A stretch of 64,000 bases of DNA from assembly GCA_000934665.2 (NCBI GenBank), contig KZ538009.1, positions 1 to 64,000 of the forward strand. The letters run 5' to 3'. Both the position numbers and the translations under genes were made by a program. The stretch comes from Catajapyx aquilonaris (lineage: Eukaryota). The notes below the pieces were generated by a model. That model worked only from the letters and a program-made list of their open reading frames with translations. It did no database searches and was not told the DNA's origin. Every line of letters starts with the position of its first letter. Positions within the stretch are counted from its first letter, which is position 1. Shown one piece after another: positions 28,165 through 40,619 of the stretch.

Positions 28165-31100
28165 TAGCGTCCCTGAAACCTCACTTTTTTATTTCCTCTT
28201 AGTCGTAAGCCTCTCTCTCTCATTTCATCAACCGCACATATCAAGGTGTGAAAAAGAGGTCAGGCTGTAATCGAGATTGATGAGAGGCGCATTCAAATAG
28301 GTTTCCAGGCGAGAATCGTTTAGAGAGAGACTGGGAGGAGTGGGGGGGATTTGAACAGATCATGAGAGATGCGTGCCACGTCTATGTTGCCGAAACGCAC
28401 TCCCGGAGCCCGCAAACTCATTAGTCGCGTCATTAGCAGGCTGCGGACTGAAGAACAGCTGCCTCCGTGACTGAATTAGTCATCGCCCGGCAATCAAGTC
28501 CCAGCGCGCCCCTGACCAGTGTCTCATTTGCACCCGAGCTCCAGGGATTAGGCGCCCGGAGGAAAAGGCAAGTGCGCCGCTTCCTCCTGGCACACAATGC
28601 ATTTCGGATTAGGCGGCCATCCTACCTCCAATTCGCTCCAATTTCTCGGACGTCCGCTGGGAATCGACGCAATTATCCCCAACCGACAATGGAGTTATCT
28701 CAACTGCCGAAACCCGCCAAACCAAAGGCCGGAGCGCGCGGAACAGAAAATGGTGGGGGCCTCCAAAGCCAATTGATGTGGTGTGTTGGCAGGCAACAAT
28801 GGGGCGGATACAATTTGAACGAGCTGGCAGTTGTATTAATGATGATGCGGAATTAAAACCGCTCATTGCTAACGGTGCGCTTGGTCAGGAGCACGTGCCT
28901 TCTCGAGAAAGATGGACTGCGCTATTTTCATCATCAACGTCATAAATCAAGCGGCTACAAGAAACTCCAAGAAACCTCATAATGGAAAAGTTTTTCCGGC
29001 ATTTTTGCGCGGCAAGCACATCGCAACCGAAAGTTTCGATTTTACTTCAGTCACAAACTCCACGGCAGGAAACTTTCTGTTGAGATGCTGACGATCATTG
29101 ACTATATACTGATCGATTGCTTACTGTTTGAGACAGGTGAAAATATCTATGGGTCAATGAATGTCTGAATGGCACATTACCATAGCAAATGGCAACATAC
29201 TCCGCCTTTAAAATGCACTTTCTTGTACTTACCTTAATGTTGTAAAAACTTGCAGCTAAAATAATTAAGATGATCTTCCTGGTCAATTACACATACAGTA
29301 AATGCAGACTTTCCAAACACTGACAGGATCACACAGGTTTTTGAAATAGGATTTTTGTTGGGATCAAAAGCGATAGACTGACAAAAATTCATACGAAGTA
29401 CAGTACATACAAGCTCACCAAATTCCGGCCTTTTAAAAATCCAGTACAGTATACCCTTTTCACCGTTAGTACAGGCAGTAATCAGAATAGAGTTCATGTG
29501 ACGTTGAACAGCCGTTTGTTCGTATGGCGCATTCGCATGGTGTATTAAAAGGCTACGAAACACTGCACTTGCCATGACTGTGATGAGTGATCGGTTTCAA
29601 CACTGCTGGGCTCTGTTGGACACACATTTTGAGAGACGTGAGAGGCGAGATATCTATAGGATCTACATCATAACCTTGGAGTCATGAAAGGATACTAAAA
29701 CTATTTCGCTCTCGTTCTTAACTCTTGCGTCGGACGTTGACGTAAATATCGCTCGATTTTGTAACACATGAAGCAGCAGAAGAGATTAGCAATTTTTTCA
29801 CACTGGACGAGTTACTTTGAGATGTTCTAAAAATCAGCTGCTAGTTAATGAATCCTTTCAATTTAATGCAAGAGAGTGCTTGTGTCCTGAACCAAAGAGC
29901 TTATACTAGGCTTATATACTAGCTTATATCAGTTTCGGGTCCAAAATTAGTGCCTTAACCGCATACGACCTCATATTGGTCAGTTTTTAGATTTATAACT
30001 CTTAATTATGTGCCTCTTGATATTAAATCAACACAGTCTATTGAAATTCCTCTCGACAGCACTCGACGGTGCCGCCTAGTGGCGCCGCGTAGTGAGCCAA
30101 CAGCAAAACACGTTGGCCAAACAACTGGCCAAAAAGTGGCGACGCTTGGAAACCGGTTTTTCCACTCTTCCTAGTATAAGCTCTTTGTCCTGAACCTTGC
30201 AATCCATAGGCATTGCCACAACTAAGAGCATCCTCCTCTTGAAATGACCAACGAAACAACCACTGGCCAATAGGATTCTAAACGACTCACCACCAGCCCC
30301 TTGACCTACCCTCACCCAATCTGGTCTGGGCAAACCGCAACAATCTGCGGCTCCTCCTTTCCCCTTGTCCGAGGGATTGATAACAGATGTCGGTATCCGG
30401 CCGCAAGCAGGTATTCCCGGAAAACGTCCGGGACGAAAATTGGCAGCCGTTTGAAGCCCTGCTGCTGGCCCTTGCGGTAAGAGTGGTGGCGGTGGTTGGG
30501 TTGCTCTCTCTCTCTCCATGGGGTATATTCCCGGAGCCGAAGGAAGAAGCTTCTCCCAGGAGGAGAATCGCAGTGCCAATTCGGACCGGATCTTAAGATG
30601 GGAGGGTAGCCTGCCTTTACGAGCACAGGCCCTCCTCCTTCAATTGACTGCGGACCAAAACGAGACTGGGGAAATGAAAGGATCCCCTTTTCCCCCTCCC
30701 AGACCTTACCCAAGCCTCACCACCAATTGGAACAAGCGAGGCCAAGGCCTTCATTTGGACAGATTTCCCCGGTTGGTGAGTCTTCAGATGATGTCCGACG
30801 GTGGTAATCACGGACGGGAATTCCCCGGTTTGCATTTCAAACCCTCCAACTTGGAGAGACGGCCCAAATTTTAACGAGGTTTTCTGAGGTCACCTTATTA
30901 TGCCAAGGACGAAACCGGAATCTGGAAAAATTACTTCAGACACTTTGGTTCAATGAAAAGATGAGTGAACACTTTTCAGGACATTTATTTTTCACAAAAG
31001 AGTGGTGTTGAGCCCTCAGGAGAAAAAGTTGTGTGGAATAGTTTTGGAGAGAACAAGCGAGACAACAAACGGGACGGGCATACTCATTCACTCGTATTTT

Positions 31101-31828
31101 TAAGTGCGTCACATCCACTAGAAAGAAAGGAAGAAGAAAATATAAATAAATAAGAAACGGTGATAATATTGTCTCTGTAGAACCGATTGGAAACGAGCTC
31201 TGGTCGCAGATGCACAACAGTCTCTAAATTTTTTTGTGTCCATTTTCTCTCTCTCTTTCGCATCCGTGTGATATGCGGAACTTTTTTTTGGCCTATTTAG
31301 CAGGGGGGCGATCTCTCAGGGGGGCGAAACCCCGGGGCTGGCCCCTCATTCGCTTCGCACACCATTTGCTCGAAGGATAAACGGGGGTGCACTACTGGCG
31401 CTTAGCCTAGAAGGATCTGAAGAGTGGCGGCTGTGAAAAGAAACAAACCTGCTGCTGGTCCACCTATAGTTGTTAAGTTCTCTCAAATTTCTTTTTTTCT
31501 GGCCCACAAAAAGGGGGTGGTACAAGTGCACTGGTTGTACGATCACCTAAGAAGGTCTAATATGATCTCGAAAAAAAAATTGAGGGGGGGGGGAGTTGTG
31601 TGACCTCTCTTGTGTCAAAGTGTACATAATCGAGGCCAGTCAGGCGCAGTACTGGGATGGGAAGAAAAAATTTATCACACACACGAAAGAAAAAAAAACC
31701 GCGCGTTCTTTCCAAGCACTTGTCCGTTGGAAGAACCGTGTCCCCTGCTAAACCGTTATTGCCACTTTTTTTTCTTTCAAAGGGGATCTTTTCCTTTCTC
31801 GGCCGTTGCACCATCAGGAGTGCTGGTT

Positions 31829-31938
31829 TTACCTGACGATTGATGCCACCATGAGTAGCAGCAACGCCACTAGTGTCCCCGAAGAGAAGGAAGTGGCCGA
31901 AGATGTCTTCCGCTTCTGAATGGCCGCCATCTTGTCAC
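31829..31938 (-). CDS. dpr12: Dpr-family terminal coding exon E: stalk and GPI-signal-like hydrophobic tail
   Basis: Acceptor ccccgcccttgcag; phase 1 matches exon D. Encodes (G)DKMAAIQKRKTSSATSFSSGTLVALLLLMVASIVR then TAA at 31831-31829. Small residues followed by a hydrophobic stretch fit a GPI-anchor signal. Too short for the ORF track. Confidence 0.9.
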
Positions 31939-34900
31939 CTGCAAGGGCGGGGGGTTCTATGTACTGCGGGTGATCCCGTCTGGTAACCTTGCTGGTCTAG
32001 GGCTACACACACATTATGTACACTAAAATCTCATTATCCTGCCTGGCCCCCTCCACTCTTTCTGAGAGAAAATCCTTGTAAATCCAACGGGGGCAGATGG
32101 GGCGAAGATGGGGGGACACAGATGCGAGGATGGTGGAAGCAATAATGGGAGCTAATTCTTCCAGTTGCTTCTGCGAGACGTGCCTTGGCTGATCAAAATC
32201 GGGGTTTAAGGACCGAGGGGGAGAAGAAAAGAAATAACAGGACGTTATTAAGCTTGAGAAGCATCATGGGCTGGAAACGGACAAGACGCGGGAGGGAAAA
32301 ATTAATGGAGAAAACAAACTGTGGAATGAGTGGGTTCACACGGATGTCATTGGGCACCTGACAACTGGTTTCTTCTTCAAAATTTTCCATTGTACGTGCA
32401 AATTTGTACAGTGTAATATAACATGAGGAGGCCTAAAGCAGTGAGGGCTCGTTGCCAAAAAGCCCTAGAGAGAGACAAGGATTTGTGATCCTTTCGACTC
32501 ACCCCGACTTGCTCTTCGCATCCTCACTTAATTCCTCCAAGGCAAATAGTGATTCTAACTCCTTCCAAGGCTCTTTCTGTAATTCCACCGGTTAATCCCC
32601 CCAAGCTTTCAATTAATACCATTACCAGCAGTTCCATCCTCATCCTACTAAACCTGCTTTAAAATAGGGTTAAAAAATTCTAGACTGATGTCACTCCAAA
32701 TAGACAAGTCCGGTCACGTCCAAATAAAAAATTTGAGAATGGACCTAACTGACCAAAAAAGAGTAATTTATGAGCTGAAATTTTTTGGAGGGAGAAATTT
32801 ATATGCAATTATTCCAGACCCTGCACGCCGAATACAAGAAAATATCGGCAGTTGACTTGGTTTTCACGTCACGTCTGTTGCAAATTTACCTTCATTAGCT
32901 AACAAACTACATTGTTCATTATTTTGGAGGGTGGAGGGTAGTAGGGTGGGGTTGGGGGAGACAAAAAATTATACTCCCTAACTGCAGGCCATGTAGTTGG
33001 AATGCTGCATGCTTAGACCGGACTCGGCTCAGCGAGTTGGAACTAGTCCGCAAATAAAACTGGGACTTGGGCCATAGTTAATTAGGAAATGCGCACACAC
33101 GTCGCTTCCCTGCACAATTAAACTTTGCGCAGGTTACTATTTGGCACCCACCACTGACAAAAAAAACTAGGACGCGTTACCCCATGAAATTTGACAACCA
33201 TGAGGGACGCATACCGCTCTCACATTACACTTTCAAAAAAAACGAGAGAGAATCCGAAACTGCTGGCCTCGAATATTTGGACCACAAACACTCGTATATC
33301 TGTCATTGGACCTGACCTCAGAATGTGACCTCGTGATCTCCCAAAGACGTTAACTGCGCTTCACAGAGCCTCTCTCGAATAGCTGCCGACCGCACTAATG
33401 TTAAGCGACTGCGGATGGGCAAACTTTAATTAAACGACCTGTCGAACGAGCACAATCTCCAACCGTCCCTGTAAATTCAATGCTATCGGAGTTAGGACTT
33501 GTCCTATATAAAAAAAGAGCGTCGAGACGGTGACGACGACGGCCTGTTGTATTTTCCCTAATTTCAGCAAAGAAGATTACTTCCTCGCAGGAATTCGAAT
33601 TAGGTCCTGAATTAGCTCCGGGGCGACCTTTTAGCAATAAAGTGTCATCTTTGCACTGATACCAACGTCCGACAGGAATTTATCAGAGGGAGCAACGTTT
33701 GAAAGTTATACTTGGCAAGTGCCTTTTAGAGAAGGCTTTATTCGATTTTCCTCTGTTTCTCGCGAGCCTAATTTCAATTAATGTAAAGTGATGCCAAACC
33801 ATGCGCGGAAGGACAAACAACAATTTCCCAAAGTTTGTGCAGTATCTCCGTGGGAATTAATTATTGTGTGCTGAACTTTTGAGACGCGATGTTTTGCCCC
33901 TCCCGTTTTATTCCGGATGTCAAACTTAAGCTGGTGTTGCAGGATTTAATTTTCAAAATGGGTCTCAAAATAACTGTCTACAAATTTTTACAAAAGCATT
34001 TAATCCTGGTTGCACCAATGGATAAAGTACTATTGAAGAACGAGTGATTTCCATTATTAATGAAAGGTTGCAAATAATGTTTTATGCCATATTATAAACC
34101 GTCAGTGGCGCCAATTTCAACAGCTTGCAATAAAAATGCACCTTTCTCCGTCTCGTAATACTGGATGAATAGTACGTAACTCTGGCAACCTTGTCAAATT
34201 GGGAGTAATTGTAATTTCTGCTGCTATATGCCATGTGATGTTTTGCACCATGAGTGATGAAAATGGCTGCAACGTGTACCAGTTTACTGTTAACACACAC
34301 AGTAGTTTTAAACATTAACACTGAATTTAACACAATTATTGTAGTTGTGGTGTACCAGAAATAACAGGATGCACTCACTGTCGGTAATTGAGTGTTATTT
34401 GAAACAATAACGAATAACGACCATTCGAATGCGGCCGGCGTTAAAGGTTAAAATGCTGTGCTAGAAACCGCATGTTTGTTATATACGCTGAATTTTAAAT
34501 TATTCTCTAACTGCTCTATTTAATAAACAACAATATAACAACCAGTAAAATTTTACGGGGCGGCGCGTTTTTATAACCACTGTTTAATTAGTCATAAAAA
34601 TTGTGTCAATAATTATGCAGACGCGATTAGTTCGTCAGGCCGATTTTGGGCAAATGTTGGAATCAACATGAAACAAAATTGGTTGGGGTCATCGCCCTGT
34701 GCCGGGTCAACACGACGGGTCCTTTTTTGGTGACAGACTTTTAATCACTTTTCAACCGGAAAACGCCTGCGGACGTGGATAGGCAGGGTCTGAGAAGGAT
34801 CGGTCCAAAACACCATGTTTACAGCCCGTAGGGGGCGGAGAAGAGTAGGAGGACCAGCGGTCAATGTTTTGTTATTGTAAACCCTCATTACGCTCACCCG

Positions 34901-35192
34901 TAAAATGTAATAGTGTCTTTTGATCGTGGGCGCATGTGATCCATTAGTACACAATGGTCCAGTCAAACTACGCAGTTGGTTTTAATCCTGCAATAACAGG
35001 TTCCGATAACAATTTTATAGCCTCTGGAATAGCAGGTGGATACCGAAATGCAATAATTGTGCGGGCTTGTGTTTGTCTGCGTGGAAAGGGGGGTGCTGGG
35101 TTTAGTTGATTTAAAGGCGTGCCTGTGATTAATTTTGTGTCCAGCGAGCACTAGCGACCCTCTGGCGGTGGGAGGTGTAAAGACATCTGAAG

Positions 35193-35206
35193 TTGCCATC
35201 TAGCGG
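35193..35206 (-). promoter_or_regulatory. CTCF-like motif
   Basis: Minus strand CCGCTAGATGGCAA matches 13 of 14 consensus positions. A weaker copy (CCGCCAGAGGGTCG) lies at 35155-35168. Confidence 0.3.
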
Positions 35207-35474
35207 GAGCGTCGCTGAAATAAAGCGCGTAATCATATCTCAACGGCGTTAAAAAAAAAAAAGTACGAACCGCGGAATCCCATTACAAACAAATTTCATA
35301 GCAAGAAATCCCATTAGGGACCGCTAATTAGGGAGAAGGGGATTAGCATGACTATGTTGATGTTGTGTGTTGGGAGCTGTAACGATTTTGACACGTTTCT
35401 CTGGACACGCCTGCTGTCAGGCGTCGGAGACTGAGGGGTAACGAACAAGAGAGACCGGCTGGCCGGTACCTTAC

Positions 35475-35688
35475 CTTCAGAGACGTACACGTAAATGCTG
35501 GCAGCTTCCGTGTTGGAAGCGCTGCAGGTGTAATTGCCCGAGTCGCCCAGACGTGCCTCACGAATCGTGAGCCTGCTGTGTGTCTTGGGACCAGGCTCGG
35601 TTTGCACGGTTATTCCTCCTCGAGCCGTGTCGTAGTTGATCATCCGCTCGTTGTGGAACCAGAAGACGTACTGTGGCGGTGTCGGGCT
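35475..35688 (-). CDS. dpr12: Dpr-family exon D: core of Ig2
   Basis: Acceptor attttggtacag, donor GAAG|gtaagg. 214 nt, phase 0 in and phase 1 out. Encodes SPTPPQYVFWFHNERMINYDTARGGITVQTEPGPKTHSRLTIREARLGDSGNYTCSASNTEAASIYVYVSE(G), within ORF 35314..35697. Confidence 0.96.
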
Positions 35689-37019
35689 CTGTACCAAAAT
35701 TACACCATCATGCCAGGAAATGCTTCAATTTGCAGCACATACACTTTACTTATTGCATGGAGTTCTGACTAACAATGTATGACACTGGAAGAAATATTGC
35801 CGCCGGAACACTATACACCTTTACACCACAAACTTGGCTGGCTTTTTGATGGAAACACGCGAAACTGTACGCAATGCAGTTATTGTTACTGTAAGACCCC
35901 GGTTATTGGCTGTCAAGGCATAGGACAGACACAAAAAATGTTCAAAGCAATCACGGAATGTTCAGGGATGTGACACCGAGGGGGACTCCGAAGTATTGGA
36001 AAAGTACAAAACTACAGGGGGGAAAAAGTAGACCGGAAAGGCCGAGCTATTACGGTTTTGTTAGAAGTTCAGGCTTTAGATGTTGTATTATAGGTACGGT
36101 ACCTCTGTATGGCATCACGAAATTCATGCTGTCTGTGCCTGTTCATGCTATTAGAAGCTAGGATAATAGGGAAATGAAAAGTGCGGTTTAACCTGTCGCC
36201 ATGTCTTAAACCTCCTTTTTGCCTCTGAGGTATCAGATATTATATACAGAACCCAACAAGGTCGGTTAGCCACTTCATATTCGTCTTTAACATTTCAATC
36301 TAAACTTAATCTAACATTCTGAAGCAGTTGTTTACCCTGGAAAATAATTTCAGTTAATGAATTTTTAAACCCAATAATGCATCGTAAAAACCTATTCTAA
36401 AATTACATAGGCGTGTAACAGACTTTGGTTCAATAGAAACTTGTCAATTGCAAAACTTTGGTTTCTTCTCCGCATAATTTTTTCTGTGATGCAGCGTGGA
36501 ATAGTGACTGCTTCCGTTGGTTAGTAAAAAGCAGCGAATTTTTCTCATATAACTGCGCAAGAGCTCTCTCAGCGCCAATTGGTGGAAATGTTCCCATCAG
36601 ACCCGCCTAACGGTGACAACAAGAGTTGCTTCTCAACAACGAAACAATTTCTCCAGAATATGTAAGCGGTCTGTGCTGGAATGGAGTTATTGCGAGTGAT
36701 CGGCCGTCCCAAGGCTTATTAGAGCCGAAGCGTGAACTCTGACCCAGATCGATCTATCCCCGAGATTTCATTCCGGTCAAGTGCGCGGCAGGCGCGTTTG
36801 AAAAGAGTCAGATAAGCTGAGGAGGGAGAGTCGAGTGAAGGCAATGATGTAGGACAGATTATATGGGAGGAGGCTGGGTTTTTCCAAGGGGGTTAGATCC
36901 GATGCAGAGCACGTTCTATGCCCCCAGTCCAAGTGGAAGACATATACGAATATCATCCCGAAGAAGGCCTGCCTGCAGGAAAAGAAAAAAAAGTAGCTTT
37001 TTCTTTCCCACTTTTTTTT

Positions 37020-37040
37020 CTTCTTCTTCTTCTTCTTCTT
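37020..37040 (+). repeat. (CTT)7 microsatellite
   Basis: Read directly from the sequence. Confidence 0.85.
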
Positions 37041-37362
37041 AGGAGGCGTCTCTCTCTTCTTCGTCTTCTAGTTTTCAGGCAGCTACCCCCCTCCCGAGGC
37101 GCACACCTAGATCAAAGGGGTGGCAAGGCAGCGAGCTTGGTGTTTCGACAAGTCTGGGTGTGCTGGTGCCTCGGAATCGACCCGCCCTTTCTTGTCCGGA
37201 CAGCCTTACATCTCCTGTCGGACCAAGTTTGCATGCACAATACGTAGCGGAGGCGGTTGTATCGAGTGCCAAGTTGGCTGCGAATTTACCCTCACTATAC
37301 ACCCCACCAACCTCTTCACTGACTGAAAACAAACACACGGGAGCAGACCCAGTCAAACCCAC

Positions 37363-37497
37363 CTTCTCGATAATGCAGACCAGGCTTATGGTGCTGCCTT
37401 GCTCAATGTGGTACTCTCCGTTGCCCAGGATGAAGGCTTCGGGGATGACTATGTGCAGGTTCACGAAGTACGACAGGATACCCGTACCAGTCGACAC
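37363..37497 (-). CDS. dpr12: Dpr-family exon C: end of Ig1 and start of Ig2
   Basis: Acceptor cctccctttccag, donor AAG|gtgggt. 135 nt, phase 0/0. Encodes VSTGTGILSYFVNLHIVIPEAFILGNGEYHIEQGSTISLVCIIEK, within ORF 37075..37638. Confidence 0.95.
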
Positions 37498-40457
37498 CTG
37501 GAAAGGGAGGAAACGACAATATAAAATATTGAGACGAGCCGCAATGATGCAATACAAATTACAATATATATGCCATAATATATGGGTCGACCAAAATGGC
37601 GTGCAGAGAAGTTTCAAATAGATGCTCCTGTTTTTCATTGGTCCTCAGTAGCAATAATATTAATCGGAAATTGCTCCTAATAATGCTATACGGTATATGA
37701 GAAGTTCTTTCCTGTTGATTCATGATTGCAAAATTCCGAATTTAGAATTCGCAATATTTTCCACTTAAAGTTGCCATATAGGCAGCGGCCTTCCGAAAAT
37801 ATATACGTCTGGCACCTCTCACTACGCATTCGCCAAGGAGAGGGTGAGGGTACCAAGTGAAGCGAACATAATTTCCTTATAAACATTCCACTGGCAAAGG
37901 AAATATTATTACTCAGGTACTTGTGCTTTTTATATGTCAATTGATATTGAGATATGATATACTTCTGTATGTAATTGTTTTATAAAGTATAGCAACATTC
38001 TTTCAAAAACGTCACTTATGCCATCTGGCAACCTGGGGCAAGACCTGGGGTCCTTTGGAGATATTTGAAAATTGAGAGGTGCCAGACGTGCCTAATAGTA
38101 GACGCTGCAACGTAGGATTTGGTAGTGATTACACATATTACAATCTGAGCAATAGCAGATGATGGTCTATGTCAAAATTTCCATTTAGTCACTAAAACTG
38201 GAATTAGTATTAAATATGTGACTCACAAATATGCGGAATCATCAATAATATTTTTGAATAACAAGTGCAACATACTCCAATATGGCTCCGAGCACTAGGC
38301 CAGAATATTGCAACCAGTTCGTTTCCGCTAGTTTGCGCCTATGACCTAAGGCCGATGCAGATTATGATTCCATAGCTCCAATGAAAATTCATTACAACTT
38401 TTTTTAACGGCCTAGTTTCCATGCCACTGCATTCCATCAAACCCAAACAGTGCGTACGAACTGGGTCATCTGTTTTTTTTATCATCCTCTGACATGATTC
38501 GGCCGTTAGTTCTCTCTCTGAATAAAAAAAAGTTAGCTTTTGAAAAATAATTATCAGAACAATAATCGACGCACGCTGCGTATACATGAACGCATCCGAA
38601 CCGTGCATTTTGTGCACTGTCCACAGAGAGGGGGGGGGGGCTCCAAAAGGCCCAAAAAGCCGGAAAACACATCCCGATGACAACCAAGAGGACCAGAGGG
38701 GTGGGTGGGATACAGATCACTTGGCAGAGTATGGCTGGGTGCAAATCAATTCAGAGTTGGCTGCCTTCAAATTGTAGGCCTAGGTGGCAATTTGAATATG
38801 CCCACTTGCCACAAGCTGATTATGCAAATGGCAGATTAGTATGCAAATTGCGGGGAGAGATGCACTCATTGCGAGGCTTAATGGCGCATTTTTTATTTGC
38901 CTGGCATTGCGAACAAAAGCTAACAATGGAAGGGATATGCTGGCTTGTTGGCTTAGCCCGGATTGCATTCACACCCTGTACTATACTCTCTATAGCCCCG
39001 GATAGAACCCTGCAAAAAAAAAAAACCCGCATACAAGCGGGGACCGGGACTCATGCAATATAAGTTACTAGTGCGACGTGATACGCTCTCGTGTGACTCC
39101 AAGATGGGATTTGTCTTCATTTGTATGCAAATGGGATGGAACCTAATTTCGTGGGTGGGTCCCAACCAGCCCTGCCAATCCCGACGCCACATTCTTAGAC
39201 ACAAAAAATATATTACACATTTAGTAGACCGTATGGTAGGTACACACAAGCCTGGGGATTCCGGAAAAATCCCGGGATGAAAATCCCTGGAATCCTTAGG
39301 GAGTGCGCGGTGTCACTCTTTTTCACGTAACCAAAACGAACGTAAATGGGAGGTGAAAAAGAGCGCTGAGCCAATAACCTAATCGTCACCTTTTTATATC
39401 GCCGATCCCCGCAAATCGCGTTTTCATGTGAAGGATGCGGTGTGTGGTTCGGATTGGCAAACTCTGACCGCGGCCTAATTCCAAATGGGATCGCACAGCT
39501 TGCTGGTTTTGCAACACTCGGAAATATCAGTCCTGCTGCAGCTAAGCCGATTCCGCGTACTGTACATTATATTTTTTGTTAGGGGGTGTGCGGAGGTTGT
39601 ATGGCTGCAGGCTGCGGAAACAGTCGCGGAGGACAATGGAATGTGATGAGTTTTGGAAGCCCCAGCACTGACACGCAAACCCTAAATCCGGTTGTGGTGT
39701 AGCAATGTTAAGATAGCTCGGTTTCATTTAAGCTGATCCAATTTGCTGATGGCATTCCCTATACATGCCTTTTTTTTTAAAAAAAAAAAAAGTTCACAAT
39801 ATCTGCCATATCGAGCCAAGTACTGCCCCTAATGCACATTTAATAGCCCCTTCAACTAACTGCACTTGCTAGAGAAGTTTGGTGCGTGCAAGTCTTTTAT
39901 TTGCAGTTGGCTTTTGCAGAGAGAAGAAGTGGTGGCCAGATAAGAGTTTTTTTTGGCCTGTGTGTGGAAATGGAGTCCTCCGGAGGGTAACAATAGCGCG
40001 TGTCCGTGGATATCTCCAAAAACGGGCAAGAGATTGGTGGCGTCGAGTCCGGAAGAAGTCTAGTCATAAGGGCCGTGATCTGCAGCCGTGTTGCCTGACG
40101 AGTGAGCAGAGGAGAAGGGGGGGGGGGGGGNGGGAATGGGGCCGCATTTGACTCCTTCTCCCTCCCACCTCCTCCTCCCTAGTTGGCTAGAAAAGCGACT
40201 TTTCGAAAATGGAGGTTGGGCGCAATTTGCCACCCGGAAGGGCTGAGCTGAATCGGAGATGAGCCCGGCCGCCCATGCAGCCTGGGGAGCCACCAAAATC
40301 CCCGCTCGTCTATCAGGCTCCGCACGAGGAGCCAATTGCACCCAATGCCCAATGTCTGGCCACCCTGCGATAAAAATTGCGACCGGTCTTGCATTTGGTG
40401 GTCAACTTGACAAATTTGGCAGCACCATGATCAAGTCTGATGGATCATAAGATCGTT

Positions 40458-40619
40458 CAGTACTGGCCAATAATCGAGGCAACGACTAGCGACATTTTCC
40501 CGAAGCGGCAGAAGAAGGAATCGAAGATAAGCATGCTAGAAGCCTGGCGAGCAAGATTCCTTCTTCTGCCGCTTCGGGAAAATGTCGCTAGTCGTTGCCT
40601 CGATTATTGGCCAGTACTG
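40458..40619. mobile_element. MITE-like fold-back element with perfect 65-bp inverted arms (Tc1/mariner-like CAGT...ACTG ends)
   Basis: 40458-40522 is the exact reverse complement of 40555-40619, with a 32-bp spacer. The right end is followed by TA; the left flank reads TT rather than TA. Confidence 0.75.

Noticed and set aside
30076..30874. Cluster of overlapping 118-167 aa ORFs downstream of the stop codon
   Set aside because: GC-rich sequence with ORFs on both strands and no recognisable domain; probably 3' UTR or flank.
30984..30989. Minus-strand AATAAA about 840 nt after the stop codon
   Set aside because: The hexamer is common, so it cannot be called as the poly(A) site without 3'-end data.
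34421..34451. piggyBac-like end (minus strand TTAA-CCTTTAACGCCGGCC), and Tc1-like single ends at 17821-17836 and about 48525-48541
   Set aside because: No convincing partner terminus was found, so element boundaries cannot be supported.
37075..37362. Open frame continuing about 95 codons past the exon C donor, with an acceptor-like gttttcag 39 nt into the intron
   Set aside because: It would interrupt Ig2, a 39-nt intron is implausibly short, and I found no good in-phase alternative donor.
37160..37621. Plus-strand 153-aa ORF, and likewise 53611..53913, 58875..59141 and the minus-strand 58580..59095
   Set aside because: These are antisense or off-frame shadows of the real Dpr exons, with no independent protein signature.
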